Assembly: GCA_036172245.1 (NCBI GenBank)
Contig: JAYWIR010000071.1
Location: 186,001-250,000 of the forward strand
DNA length: 64,000 bases
Source of the DNA: Raillietiella orientalis
Lineage: Eukaryota
Reading direction: 5' to 3'
Positions 28,468 through 43,100 of the stretch are shown here, piece after piece. The number at the start of each line of letters is the position of its first letter. Within the stretch, counting starts at the first letter, position 1. The notes under the pieces are model-generated. The model made no database searches, was not told the DNA's origin, and was given only the letters and a program-made list of their open reading frames with translations. The translations under genes and the position numbers were made by a program.

Positions 28468-31182
28468 TTACTAAAACCGACACAAAAATTCAGTGCATAC
28501 GTATGTATATAATGCATGAGTTCCAAATCACGTGAACTACCTACATTCAAAATACAGCATAACATACGTACTTTCTTGCTCTTCAATTAATTCCTACTGC
28601 ACAAAATACTAAAATTTCATTCAATTACATGCTAGCGATATCTTTTATCAAATTAGGAAAAATCATGAGTTAAGCCTTAACACATAAACGCTCGGTTGCA
28701 TTTATCTTCAAAACTTAAGTATATTTTTATTAAATTAGGGCTTCAAACCAAACTGTATTCACAAAGTCTGAAACAAATATAAACAATCAATTCATACATA
28801 CTTCCAAGAATCTCATTCCAACATTCATAACAAAATTGGAAATCCGGTAAAAGCACCCACTAGTTTTATGAAAGTTATCCACTTCAAAATATAAAGACTA
28901 AAAAAATCAAACGTACTAATGCTACAGGCCAACTTATCAACCCAACCGTCACTCAATTAAATTAACGTGTACACCGATCAACTCCTTTCAAATGTATAAA
29001 ACGCTAAAGAATTTTGAATTTTTACTTTACAGTGTTACCATTAGCAGCAAAAAGTTTTCTATGAATTTGAATATTTCTATACAATTGTCGTTGGGGAAAT
29101 GGATAAACGTCCATAAAAGATAGAGTGAAAAATGAAAAAGAATGAATGATATGAACGAAGAATGAGATTTCGATGACAATATAAAAGAATAAGTTCTTAA
29201 TTGTTATAATCAATTTATGCAATCACAAATTTATGTAAATCTTATAATTGACTTTTATTCATAAATAGTTCTTGCTAAAGGATTTAGTCTCGTGAATTTA
29301 CATACATAAAAGAGAATACAATATTTTAATAACGCGAAAAATGTTCCCACTGAATTTGAGGCTGAAAGCGCTTCAAACAAGATTTAAATCTAGGAAATTG
29401 ATCATTGCATTTTCATGGGTCTTTTATTTAAGTGTACGTAGAAGGATTATTAGAAAAAAATTCAATAACAGTTTCTCGGGATATTTCAATCGATGAGAAA
29501 ACTTTTGATTACTTATATGTGCTAATGGTACTTAAACGGATATCATTGTTGACATTCAAGTTTTATTTTTATTGGAATGCTCATGGAAGTCTCTTGGAAG
29601 TCTCTTCTACAGAGTAATTAAGGGAATCCCATCTATAATGGAGAAGATAATGGATTTTGCCAACTTTATAAATTACTTCTCAGTTCCCTTTTTTGATTTT
29701 TATTCCGTGGATTCTCTTTTTCAAAAGTACCCATTCGATGCCGCCTACTGGTAGCGTTCACTGTATGCACTTGATTTTTGCATTCCATTTACGTTTATGT
29801 AGTGCAAAAAGATTGCTTTGGGGGTTTTGCGGGCTGATGCAAGCAGAAAGTGCCATACAATCCGATCACACCCTCTAGCGGATTACACGTGAAAATTAAA
29901 AACGTAGAAAGAGACGAGGGAGGAACAAGTCTAACAGACAAATTCAGAAGGGTACTGAAAGTTGAAAGAGGCATGCTTGGAAATCCGGTTGAACAGTGAT
30001 GCCAAGAACAATGAACCGAAGCATTCGCCATAGTGCACAGAAAAACCTGAAAGGCAAAAGTGAGAATGGGAAGCAAGGAACCAGAAAGAACATGAGCGAT
30101 ACGCAGCAAACAGGTACCTATGAGCACTCTATCTATGGAAGTTATACTCGAAAACTAAAATGGGTGTCAAAGATAGCCATTTGCAGCTATGGAGATGAGT
30201 AGCACTGCTGAAGTCACCAAGGTTGTATCTCGATGTAGATGAAAGTTCTCATTTCAGTGTCACCCTCTTACTCCTGTTTCCCGAGAGCATGGTCATGTCA
30301 GTGTCCGAGTAGGACAGCAGTCTGCTCCTGTGTTCTCCGTCTGGTTGGGAAAATCTTCATAGTAGCTGTCTGAATGAGAGGATTTCGAGGAGTTTTCGAG
30401 AAAGAATTGCCAACAAATGAGCTTGCTGTGAGCATCGGTCCACATGAGCGTGAACGTGCATTCACGTGTATTGTCAAGCAATGTTCACCTGCAATCGGAT
30501 CCCTATGTCCACGAGGGCATCTTCATACGACACTCTTCGAATATCCCCCCGATCTATGTGGACCTTAATTTTTGGCGGGAGAACGCGTTTTGCCCAGAAG
30601 CAAGCCAGTGCAGTCTAAAGTTCGGTTCCCACTTGGACACGTTGACACGCACAAGCGCCTCGATGCGCAAATACAGAGCGCCCCCTTAGCCGCTCCTTGT
30701 GTGCGAGCACTAGCAACGCCCGTCTGACCCGCTCTAGCAAAGGCTGATGTCCGCGCCGCCGCTGAAGCGCAAGAGCGAGGCTATCCTTCCGGCTTCTGTG
30801 CAAGAGAAAAGGAGCAGGGTAGGCAAAGGGGAGAGGAAGCTGCTGCTGTTGCTACCGGCCCGCTGCCAGCCTCCATCGGAGAACATCTGACCAGCTTCTG
30901 ACTGCCCATCCAAGACTAGTAGCCCGAAGTGTACGAGCAGCAGCTCTCGTGTACTCGGCGCTCGCGTTTCCAAGGACAACGGCGGAGGCATAAGTCGTCT
31001 TGGGATCTCCGGGACGCACGCCAGGGGGAAGTTATCTTCCGCGCGAGCGGCCGGGATGCTCTCGGAGTGCCAGCGTACGAGCACGGTGGCGTCTCGAGCG
31101 CGCCGGTGATCCCTCATTCGGAGACCCATCGCGGCACGACGAGTAGCTCCTCGTGCTTCCCAGTTCCTCGCTCGCCGCCGTC

Positions 31183-34100
31183 ATGGAAACGCTCTCCGCA
31201 CTAGTGTCTTCGTCCACGCAGCTCATCGGGCTGGCGGGGCTCGGCAAGTCCGCGCAAGACATGTACGACTGCTGCTTGTGGATCGTCATTCTGGGCTTTG
31301 TGTTCGCCTTCATTATGGCCATGGTTACCGGAGCAAATGACTGCGCCAACTCTTTTGGGACAAGCGTGGGATCAAAGGTGCTCAGCATGAGGATGGCATG
31401 CGGCCTCGCAACAGTGTTCGAGATCCTAGGTTGCGTTCTGATAGGTGAGATCATTTTGCTAGTTCCCCCCGCGATGGAAACCGTAATGCCAAAAAGAAAG
31501 GACGAATTCGTAAACACGGCAAAGGTGGAGCGATCGAAAGCCGTTACCACGTGTGTGGCGAAATCCAGTGGGTTGGCAAGCCCCGGGGACTTCACACCCT
31601 AGCGCATGCGCGTGCGAAAACATGCTGTTCGACCATTACGCACGCACGCTCGCACGCACGTGCGAATCGTTCGATGTGCGTGGCTCGCTTGCCACCACAG
31701 GTGGCACGCCAGGTATTTCGCAAAGGTGGGAAAACGGAGGATAAGAATAAATGACTCGTTGGCGGGTCTGGCGAATGCTCCAGGAGCTCCGTTCTGAGAC
31801 GAACCGGGTAAACCGCTTGTCGTCCGCCCAGACGGACGGGGAACCGCAGACCGCGTGCACCAGGCAACGGCACGACCTTAGCGACGTTCACTGCCGAAAA
31901 ACGTGATGTCTCCTCCCGAAGTACCCATCGATTCCGCAGCTTCCCTGCGCCACCTGCCCAACGAGCAGAATAATGCTTCTTCGTCGCCCCCCTCGCCAGT
32001 CGTCTTTATGGCCTTCCATCGGGATTTCGCGAAGAATCAAGCAAAATGCAGTGGCCAGTCCGTTTCTTGTAGCTCATCAACAGCATTTCGTTACGGACCG
32101 TTTGCCGATACTTAATTAGCCATGATTAAGAATCAGCTGGTTCATCGTCCATCCTCTTGGCCAGCTGATCCTGGCTCGTTAGGAGTGCATGCGAGAAGTT
32201 CCTCACTTTGTATTCAAAATGGAAAAATCGCATAAAAATTTTTCCCGAAGGGAACCCTAAAATCTCGAAAATTCTCCCAGTAGCTCGTGCGATTGGAAGA
32301 GCCCGGACGAAGGGTATGCTCACTCGAAAGAAGGACGTAACTATAATTAAAGGAAGACATTATGTTTGATGGACGGTTTTTTTTCTTCTTCTTATTCTTC
32401 TTCTTCCTTCGACATCAGCAGTTTGTCATTGCCCGATCACCCAAAAATCGAAAAGCGTTTCTAAAGGAATAATTCATTCCCCGCTCCCCCCCCCTTTTTT
32501 TTTAAAAAAAAAAATACAACGTCTGTGTGATTTTTTGAAGTGGTATTGATCAAACCTCGGTCTCACTGGAGACCGGTATCTCGCGTCCACCGGAAGTGTG
32601 CGGCTTGCCTGGTGGGACGTGGACGTACGCAGGCAGGCTGAGAGTGCGGTTGCTGACATGTGATGTACCTGCACTTGGTTGACTTGTCAGGCAAGGGAGA
32701 ACCCATGCCGCTGCTGCCCACTGGCCTCTTGGAAAGGAAAACTCGCGCATCGCGAGTTTCCAAGAAAGATATTCTGCTCACGACTCCAGGATGCGCATCG
32801 CGGAGAGACGTCCGACGTTCCCATTCTCCAGGGTTCCTGAAAAAGAAGCTGCTCCGCTCCTGATGATCCCATCCCCATGTGGGAAAATAAACGTATCGAT
32901 TTGTGGGCGCTATGGTCAAAAAAAAGGAAAACAAAAATGGCTTCGGGACTCTGCTGCTAAACGACCGGCATCTTATGTTAAGAAACGAATTGGAAATTTC
33001 ATCCGCAAACGCAAAAGGAAAACAAGACGACAGCTTCCGAGAGCTGGATGAGTGTTCTCACGCAGTTTGTCCAGCTTCATGAAGTGCGCTACCGGGAACG
33101 CGTCTGTGACAGAGTCGGACATACTACGAAGTTTAGCAAACACAGAAGTGTGTGTGTGGGGGGGGGTCGGCGGCGGAGGATCGGCATTTCGTTCACGGCA
33201 ATTTCTTGTCGGAAAAAGACTTTCCGGCAAAAAATCCATTGCCTTGGAAACACAATCTTATTCCAGTTTTGCATGATGACAGCGCATCGGCAGTAACAAA
33301 ACAACGTCTTCCGTTTTCGGATTCCTTTCTCAAATATAAAAAAAAAAACAATATTTGCGCAAAAAGAAAGAAAGAAGGGAAACCCCTTTATCAACGCGGA
33401 CTTAATACTTAAGGGTGCGCAAGCGGAAAACTAAATTCCGGGATTTAATATCTCATTAGCTCTTTTGAGTATGATGTTCGTCCCTGGTCCTGCACGCAAG
33501 AGGTACACATGGCCGCGCTCCAAAGTTTGTTTATCTTCATTTTCTGGTTGATCTACAAATGTATTCAAACAGCTTCTCTTCGAAAATCCATTGCAGCACG
33601 GAGAGCCCGTAAAGATTTTTTTTTTTTTTCATCTGCATTTTTTTCACCAAGTGCCATGTAGCCCATGACGTCTCTATGAGTAATGAGCCCAATGCAGTCG
33701 TGTGTGTACTCCCTCCTGCGAGTGAACATTTGAGGATTTACCATAGTGCTTGCATTGGAGTATGGCTGTACGATCAATTCAACTCAGGTGGTGGAACTTG
33801 CAAATACGATTGAGAAGAACTCGGAAGTTCGAAATGCCAGATTTTTGGCTTCAGGGAGACGGGCAGCGCATTCTGGATTGCCATGCCATGCACAGGAATA
33901 CATCGGGAACGACGAGCGAGTACGGAAAAGACCTGCCCCGCAAGCCGATTTTCTGGAGCACACAGGGATGACTGAAGCTGACCGAAGCGGAGGATACTGA
34001 AATTGAAGACAGCGTTACATTTTCCCTTCGTGTCAACGGAGGTTTTCTAGCTTAGTCGCTTTCCATCTTAATTATTTTCATGCTCTTTGAAAATAAGCAG

Positions 34101-37100
34101 CCTCCAGCGTGCTCTAGAGGATTTATCTGACTGAAGTATCTTTACAAGTCTTAGTTCGGGACCCCTGGTTACGACACTAAGTTGAGATATTCTATCGTAC
34201 TGTAAAAAGCAAAGGTCAAAATACGTGTTTTGCGTGCGAGATTACTGAGGGCATTTCGTCATTCTGCCATCCAGATCCAGGTGATTCACCCGTACTGGGT
34301 CCGTCCTCACCGTCCTCCAAAGATGATTTCCGAATCTATGAAGGAATAGCTTCCTCTGTTACTCATTTGACACTTGCATGTGTTGCGTGTAGCAAGCATA
34401 TCGTGTTTACAATTCGACGTGACATTGTATGAGTTCGTGTTTCACATGCCAGGCGGAGAGTGGTTGCCAGGAAACGGGGCGCTTTCTCACCGAGGTGGGC
34501 TACGGCGCTCGCTGAACTGTACTTGCGGGGGACCGCACCTATCGGTGCACCCAGAGATAATTCGAGTTTGGATAGCTGGTATCACGTGGCCGTGACGAGG
34601 TGAAACCTCACTAGAAAGAAAAGGAATCGGTAACCTCAAGACGCAGGCGGACACATTCTTCAGCCTTACCACTTGCGCGCGTCCCTCGACGGATGTGGTA
34701 AAAACCGAACCACTCTGCTGCTAGGCCTAGAACGGTTTCGTCACGATGGTTTTTCACCAGCATTCCAGTTCTTGAATTCCCGAGCATCACGATCGCGTTT
34801 TCCGCGCGCCCTGGATGAGCAAGGGATGGTTCTCGAGGGTTGGGTTGGATCAGATGACGTGTTTTGTGTCCCCGGGAGAAAACACGAACAAACGTACACT
34901 CCGACAGATGACTGTGCTTGTGATGGCCGGCAGTTGCGATCCCCCTCCGTTCGCGAGGAAACCTTGAGATCTCGAAAGCTGATTCGGAGCAGTTTCAACT
35001 CTGTCAGACGAGACAGGCGACTATGCTGTTCCAGTTTTTCTTGCTTCAGTTGGCAACCAGGGCGAATTGGGTAAAGGCACAAATCTCCTACCCGTTTCCC
35101 TCCAAAAAAAAAAAACTTCATTCCTGTGTGTATGTGTGCGTGCTTATGGAGGAAGTAGGGGGGGGGGGAGAACAGGTCAAAGTCTGATTCTCATGGCAAA
35201 TTGAACACTGACTGGCCCCAAGCTCGCGAAGACATTCAAGCAGCAACCTGGGAGCAGTGAACTGAGTTTTCCATATCTCTGCAAACGGGAGGTAGCCGGG
35301 AGAAGGGAAGGAAGAGGTTGTTATCTCTGATGACTTCTTCGGCATCCTCTTCTCCGAGTTCTTCACGTGGAATGCTCCAGTTCCCATGTTGTTTTGTTTT
35401 GCCCAACCTGCCCTGGCCCACTGAACCATTCCATTTTATTGTTTTGTTTCCTCCTCTTGCAATTCCCGGGATGCATAAACGACAAATGTCTTTCTATCTT
35501 CTGAGGATGCTTAAGAAAATTACCTTCCGATGTTCCTTTCTGCCAGTCCCCTCCTCTCTCTCCATTCGTACGCGCGGATTATGTGTCCTTTGCTGTATTT
35601 CCCTATTCGGCTTTTTCCTGCAAGGTTTTTGAAATGCCCCCTTCTTCTCTATATATTTGAACTGAAAGTGCACTTTTGTTGATCGGATATGCTTTTTCCG
35701 AAGGAGTGGACCAGTGAAGTTGTGTGGTTTTGCTCTCCTTCGAAATGGTACACGCTCGAGCGCGGACTTTTTCTTCAAGATGAAGGAAATGGCTCATTTT
35801 TTTTTTTTTTTTTTTTTTCATTGCTGTGGTCCACAACTTTGTGCCCGCACTTTCGGAGCTTTTCTACAGCCCATAATGTTATTTAATACGTAGTCCAAAT
35901 GACAGCGAACAAACAGCCAATGTTAATTGTGTCGAGATAACATTTGAACAGCTGCTTAATATGTCTGACTTTCCCATTCATTATCTGGATGTGATTGATA
36001 ACGAGAGAGCCATCGCATATCCGTCGGTTATCATGCGTTTCGACATAGTCGGGGGAAGCGGAGTTTCAGATCTTTTCGAAAAAATTTCTCGTGATCTTTT
36101 TCGGGTGCCGTCGCGCATCGCTTTACGTCATCCCCCCGGACGCAACGAGGAGATCCCGGGATGGCGCGACGATGGCGCCGCGCGCACCATTGAACGGCGG
36201 TCGGGTGAGCCGGTCGCCGGGGCCAGGATTGGGCAAGTGGAGAGGGGGGTCCCAGCCGAACGGAAGGCATCGAAAATGAGGCAGGAGGGAGCGAAACCAG
36301 TGGTCAGGAGAAAAAGAAAAAAAAGAGGGAGAGATGCACACAAGAGGTGAGAGCACGCCTGCTGCATCCATCGGCGAGGAAGTTGTCGAGATGCTTTGCT
36401 GGATGCCAGTGATCGGATTCTTCCCGTAGGTATTGTTTGTCAAAGGGTACAATAAGAGAGATGCATGCGACAGATGGGCGGCGAACCAGATAATGCCAAA
36501 TGCAAAAGAATGCAAAGACACAGCTTTCCGCGAACGCTATCACGGAATTCGCTTGCATCTCTTTTATCTGGAGAGAAGCTTTTCAAAAATGATATTTATC
36601 GAATGAAGCTCATTCGTGATTGACTGCATGATCTCACCGATTCAAGTACCGTCTCAGAAACTTGTCAAGATCGGTAAGAAAAAAAAAAAAAACTGGTTCT
36701 CTTAAGAATTTTGCCGAATGTTACGGGAATTCAAACATTTTTTCGGTGAACTTTTCCCTTGAAATAATTCAGTCAGCTGCCTATCAAATGGGAGGAAGGT
36801 GAAAGGAAAAAAAAAAAAAAAAACACTCACGCGCGCACACACACACAGCACACATTACTGACTACTGAAAAACAGCAACAACAACACACAGATGACAGAG
36901 GGCATGAGGGGTCGGGTTTGTGACTTTCAGCCCTGACGATTGCTCCAGTAAGGCCTGACCTAACACGGACCACGAAACCTCTCTGCACATGTGTATCACT
37001 TGCGTGCACGCGGGAGAGGCGAACACTCGTCGTTTTCGTGCACGCACCTGCAAAGTGCATGCTCTGCCGCATGCAGGGGGGGATCCTCTCGAATCCCCGG

Positions 37101-40100
37101 CCAGTATGGAATCCGAAAGGACCGGGGTGACCAGGTGTCGCCCTCCACAGGATGCCCTGGCGTTGCACACGCGCTGCGCGGATGCAAAGGGGGGAGCACA
37201 ATTGGCGCGTGGTAATCCCGTGCTGTCACATTCCACCTATGCATCGTATGTCGTGTGTTTCAGGTTACAAGGTGTCAGACACGGTGAGGAAAGGAGTCTT
37301 CGATGTCACCTTGTATTCCGGTCGGGAAAAGGAACTCATGCTGGGGTCTCTAGCTGCTCTGCGTGAGTATAGCGACGCAGCATCCGGTCGTCCTGAACAA
37401 CACTGTTGCAATTTGAATTTGTCATTTCGAAAGATACTGATGTCATGTGTTCAAGGCGGAAAGCAAAAGCGAATTCGTGAAAACGGCAAGGGAAAGTGAA
37501 TCCAGTGCACGTTCCGTCGCAAAGTAGCCTGCAGAGTGAGAATCAGCAGCCAACCCTCTCGCGAGATGCGCCCTGCAGATCCTTTTCATTTATGCAAATT
37601 TGGATTATCTCGGCGTTCTACTTGGGATCCGGATTCGCTATCGTGGTTTTTTATGACGCTCCCCCCCGCCCCCCCCCCTCCCTTTTCCCATCCCCAGCTC
37701 CGCTTCTTCTCACTACCTCAACGGCTCTGCTTTCACTGCCCGCATTTTAGATCGTTCCGCAAACCAACCGCGACCATCCGCACTCGAGGGAGAAAAGCAC
37801 CCAAGGCACGCATCACCGCAAGAAGACGGGCAGCGTGCCATTCGGCTGGAAGAGTTTGCTATTCGCGAGCATCCTCTTGGCCTCGTTTAGTATCCATGCT
37901 GCTCTTCTAGGCTGGCGAGGCACCTCCCATCCCCCCCGTACCAGCTGTCCTCGCGACGATCTGCCGTCATCGGCAATCTCTAGGTGAGGAGGTCCGAGAC
38001 CGCCTCCTCACCTAGCAGTGTTTCCCACTCTCACTCTCAGTTCATTCAGTTGGCTGAGGACAAACCCCCGTTTCCTGGAGATCTTCAGGAGGCCATGTTG
38101 CGTGGCGTCCAAAGTGCTTGAAATTTTCCACTCAAAATACGTGTGTGTGTGTGTGTGTGTGTGTGTACGTAAGTCTCCTGATTCTGCTTGTTCCTTCCTG
38201 TTCTGTTACCAAAGCTCCTCTTTTCGTGCTGTCTGCTTGCCAGTTGTAAATCCATCACGGAGCCCTTTGCGATCCGAGGGAAACCGCGGCTGAAAGGAGC
38301 GCAACACGCACTCACTTAGCGCGCGCGCACGACCGGAGAGCTGTCATTTAGTCGGTTTGGAGGAGGGGGGGGCGGACACAGCGCTGCCCCCTTTTCCGGT
38401 AAGCGCGCCTCCTCCCCATGGAGGATTATCAGAGAGGTGCGTGTTTGAACGGAACTGTCACCGTCCCGTCACTTCCGCTTTGCGAACCGTGGCAGTCCTC
38501 AACGCCCCTAGCGTCGAGCGGGGGTCGCCTGCGCGCGCGGCGTTTGCGTAGGCCGCGCGTCTTCGCCGATCGCTGCAGCCGTGGCGATGACTCTGTCACA
38601 GCCCACCGCTGCAGACAGTTCGGCAAGAGCGAGGGCCAAGTAGACTTCTGCCATACCCCTTTGAAGCACAGTTTGAGAGCCAAGCGGTGCGTCTTGAGCG
38701 TCTCAGGCTCCGTCGGCGTATTCGTGAGTCGCGCCGCTGTGCACCCTTTTTCCAATGCATCGGTGCCTCCTCTGATGGTCCATCTGGGTTGCGTGTCCAG
38801 GCAGAGCCACAAAGTTTCGTGATTTTGAAAATGGTTTCCTCGCGAAAGAGGCTTCTTGTCTTGAAAGTCTCTCCCACTCCCAAAACAAACAACCGTTGCG
38901 TGCAAAAGGTAGCGGCTGCACAAGTCGGTGAAATCAGTAGGCTGCTTTGAGCAGCGTGCCGGACTTTGCCATGACGGTAGTCCAAGAGTGAACCGCAAGA
39001 CGGGAGGCCTCCCTGACGGTTTTCATTCCCCTTCGCCTTCTTTCGCCTTTTTGTTATGCAAGGGCGAGCGAATGTAAGGCTCGGTAGAAATCCCAAACGC
39101 AAATTTGACAGTTCATCAACTCCATCATGCACCTGAGATACGCATCTTCGTGGAGCCATGCGTGAGAAGAATCCGTCTCTGGCCAGGTCGCGCACCCCTG
39201 GTTATCCTGGAGAGCGCCTTCGACCTCTTGGTATTACACCCTGTTGTTCTCGGATCCCCCTCGGGGAAAGCCACTCCGTCCCTCCACGGTACCTGCGGAC
39301 GGAAAAATGGCGACGGGAGCCTTTGGCTCGCGTCGTAGAAGAGTTGGGACGCACCGAGACGGCACGCTCGCTCCGCAGAATGTTCTTCCTACCCCCGTAT
39401 CAGATTCATCTCCCTTGCCCGATTCTTATTGAAATGATAATGATAATTTTTTTTTTCTTTTGCTGAATTTGCACATTATGAATTTGCAGTGTGTGACTGA
39501 ATTGAAATATCATCACAGTGTTGCTAATGATCAAAATCTTCTAATGATAATGTTGATCTAATACTGCCTTTGATTGATTTTCTAGATTTTACGATTGCCT
39601 TTAGCACGTAATGAAGCGGGTAACAAGAAAGCTGAAAATGAAACATCGTAGCAGGGCAGGATAATACCAGAATTTGGATTCTGGAAGCAATATTATTTTA
39701 GAATAAAGTTACCCTAATTCTCCATAATTTTTTGATTCCCCCACTTTCTTGATAAACGAACAAAAAGGTATGATGACAAACATATAGAACAGTGTGTGCT
39801 TTTCTTTTTTTTGTTTTTTTTTCCACTGAAGGAATGTGGTTCCCGCATAGATTGCCTTGTGAAAGAGGCAATCCTTGGTAGCCCGAGGCGGAACGGTGTA
39901 CGGACCCTTCTTCCGGCCCGTTCCCCCAGTTCCCTTTCGGCGCGGTTCGCCTGCGCGTTGGAAATGGACGCGCGCGCGTTGCACGCGGAGCGTGTCGTCG
40001 TTTCCCCCGGGCGGAATGTTGCGCGGGCCCAGGCCGGATCAGGGCCGTCGTGGCCCTCGGCCCAATCGCTTGTTGCCAGGAGAAGAACGCCGTGACAGTA

Positions 40101-43100
40101 GGGTGGTGCCTTTTCGCGGGCTCCTCCCTCGTTCCCTCCCTTCCTCCCTTCCCCCCCCCCTTTCCCCCTCCCTCCCTCCTCCCCTTCCTCTTCGGTCGCA
40201 GCCGTAGGAGGGCTGCTGCGACTCCCGGGCACAGCGTGGAACTCGAGTGCCATGCCACGGGGGGCGCATATCCGCGAGGACGAGCTGTATAAATCCACGC
40301 GGTGCACGTACACCTCTCCGTGGGTCGGTTTGTCCCCCTTTTCCTCTGCGAGGGCAAAAGGGGGGAGGAGACGACCCAGCCGGAGAAATCCGGCGGGAAG
40401 GCGGCGGCAGGAAGAAGGTGAAAAACCCGTCTCGAGGAGAACCGACCCTCCGCCTCCCCTTCCCTCCGTCCTCGTGCCTTCCCAGCAGCTGCCTCCGACG
40501 CACCTGACGCCAGGGGGCTCTTCCGCGGTTCCATCCCGAGTTCGTCCCATCCTGCTCTTGTCGCGCGGGGAGCGGGAGGTGCCTCCCCCCTCGTCCGGAA
40601 CCTGTCCCTCGCGGCGGCGCGGCAGCGGCTTCCTGGGGCAGGGGCTTCCGCGTGCCTTCCCTCGGGAATGGCACACGAGCTCTCGTCGCCGCCCGCCGCC
40701 CCCCTTTTCGAGTTCTCGCTGTGTCCCCTCCTCCCCCTCCTGCCTCCGCCGCTCCCGGCTGCCCACGTTACCTTTCTCTCCCTCTCCCTTTTCCAGTGGG
40801 CAGCGCGTGCTGGCAGGGAATAGCGACCTTCCTGAAGATGCCCGTCTCCGGGACACACAGCATCATCGGGGCGACCCTGGGCTTCACACTTGTCGCCAGG
40901 GGGCTCGTGGGCATCATGTGGTGGACCCTCATCCGCATCGGTGAGTCGCTCCTTCCCATCCCTCTGGAGGGAACCAGCGTCCTGTGCATCCTCCAGCTCT
41001 CTCGTGGGTCGTCTCCCCCATCCTCTCGGGGCTCATCTCTTTCCTGTTCTACTTCGGAATCCGCTTCCTCATCCTGCAGAGAGAGCACCCTATCCAGTCG
41101 GGGCTGAAGGCCCTGCCCTTCATCTACGGCTTCACCATCTTCGTTAACACCTTCTCCATCATCTTTGACGGACCCAAGCGTGAGTGCAGTCCGTGCCCTC
41201 ACAGACTCGGGCATGCCCGCGGCTTCTTCAGTGCTCAAGCTGGATGACTTGCCCCTGTGGGTGTCCCTCGTCGCGAGTCTCGCCATCAGCGCCGTCGTCT
41301 GTATCTCCGTCAGGATCCTCCTGGTTCCCTGGCTGCTGCGTCGGATCAAAGGTCAGTAGTCGAGGGTCACATCGGTGGCGCCGCGTTCGGCTGCAAGGCA
41401 GGAGCGCAGGATTCGGGGAAGGAGCTGGCGGCAGATCGCCTCCTCCCCCCTGTCCACGGTGCACGCTGGGAGCCAGAGGGGCCGCAAGTCCCCTCCTTCC
41501 TTCCTTCGTCCCATCTCCTCGCGACCTCGGCATCGGGCAGCAACGCCCCTCGTCCGCGCGGAGCATGCGGACTTTCAGGGGGATGGGAGAACCCTGGAAC
41601 GCTCCCCTTTCCCCGGGATGGGAGCGAAGCGACCGCGGTCAAAGGTAGGGGAAGCGCGCCAGCGACCCGGAGGAGGAGGATGGGAGGGGAAGACGGAAGA
41701 CTGCCGCGCGCGCACGTGCTCCCGCTGCCGGGTTCTTCCGCCAAGGACCGTCGGGGTGCGACGGCGACCGCTAAGAGGGCACAGCGCGAGCCCGTACGTG
41801 AGCTCTCTCCTGAAAGCTCCCACAGCTCCCGCCCAGGGAGAGTCGAGGGGACTCTGCTGACCCACTCTCCACTGCTACCTGGGGCTCTTCTTGCGGGACG
41901 CGCAACCGCGGCGCTCCCCCTTCTCACGCGCACAGCAGGGATTGCCTCAAGCAGCCGCGCTCCCCGCTTCCGGGTCAGCTCGCCCCCTCCTCTTCCGCCC
42001 GTCTCCGCCGTTTCCACCCACACGGCCGAGGAGGATCCACGCATCCCATCTTCCGCCTCTTCCGGCTTCTGCAACGTGAGAGCCGTCGAGAAGGAGGCCG
42101 CGCGCGGGAACTTCCCTCACCCTACTGCTGCCTCTCTCGCGCCCCCGTCTCCACGTGTCTTCTACTCCCTAGCGATGTTCGGCACGGACAGCCCACTCAG
42201 TCGGCTTGCGGACGGGAGCACCAACGTCGGAGACTCCAGCAGGACCTGCCACGTGACGTCCATCTTCCACAGCATCGTGCCGGAGAAGGTAAGGGCAGGG
42301 CTGCACCCTGCGGGGACGCCCTCCTTCCTCCGCTCGGAGCATCGGCTCTTTCCAGCTCTCCCGTCCCGTCACCTCCGCTCCCGGGGCCCGCCGAGTGCGG
42401 CCCTGGGGGCACTCGGGAGGGGCTGCGGGGGGCATCCGAAACAGGAGTAGTGAGGACCGCTCCCTTTCCTTTCCACGGTCGGGAGCATTATCGCCACCTC
42501 TCGGGGACCTCTTCCTTCCCCTCCTTGACGAGCGTGTGCTTTCCAGGGTGCCAGCGCGGTGGCCAACGGGAAGGCGATGCTGCCAAAGGGACCGCCGTCC
42601 GTCAGCAACGGGAAAGGTAAGGGAGAAGAGGCGTCCCCGCCAAACGCGTGCCACCCCCCCCTTCCAGAGAGCAACTCTCACGTGATGGAGATCCCGCTGC
42701 TAAACTCCCTAGACGCCAAGAATCAGGTGAGCCTCTGCCGCGCGGCGGGCCCGCGCTCAGGGTCTGCGCGCGGACCCGACCGTTTGCGGAGAGCGGCGCC
42801 GTGCTGGGAATGGGGAAGCTGCGAATCTGGGGCGAGACACTTCCCACCTCACCCCCGCAGGAAGAGAGAGGCTAGCAGCCACGGCAGAATGGAATGGAAA
42901 AAAGGGCACCTCTGGCCAAGGTGCTTTGACCCGGAGAGAAGCCTTGCGGACGACGAATCCGAGGCGTCTTCGGAGGACGGGAGTTCTGCGTTTGGGGAGG
43001 GTGCGGGGGAAGGGGGGGGAGCGCAGGCCTCCCGGGGAATCGTTCCAGGACTCCCCCTGCATTCCCAGAGACGAGGTGTGCCCGCTATAGGCCACCCCCT

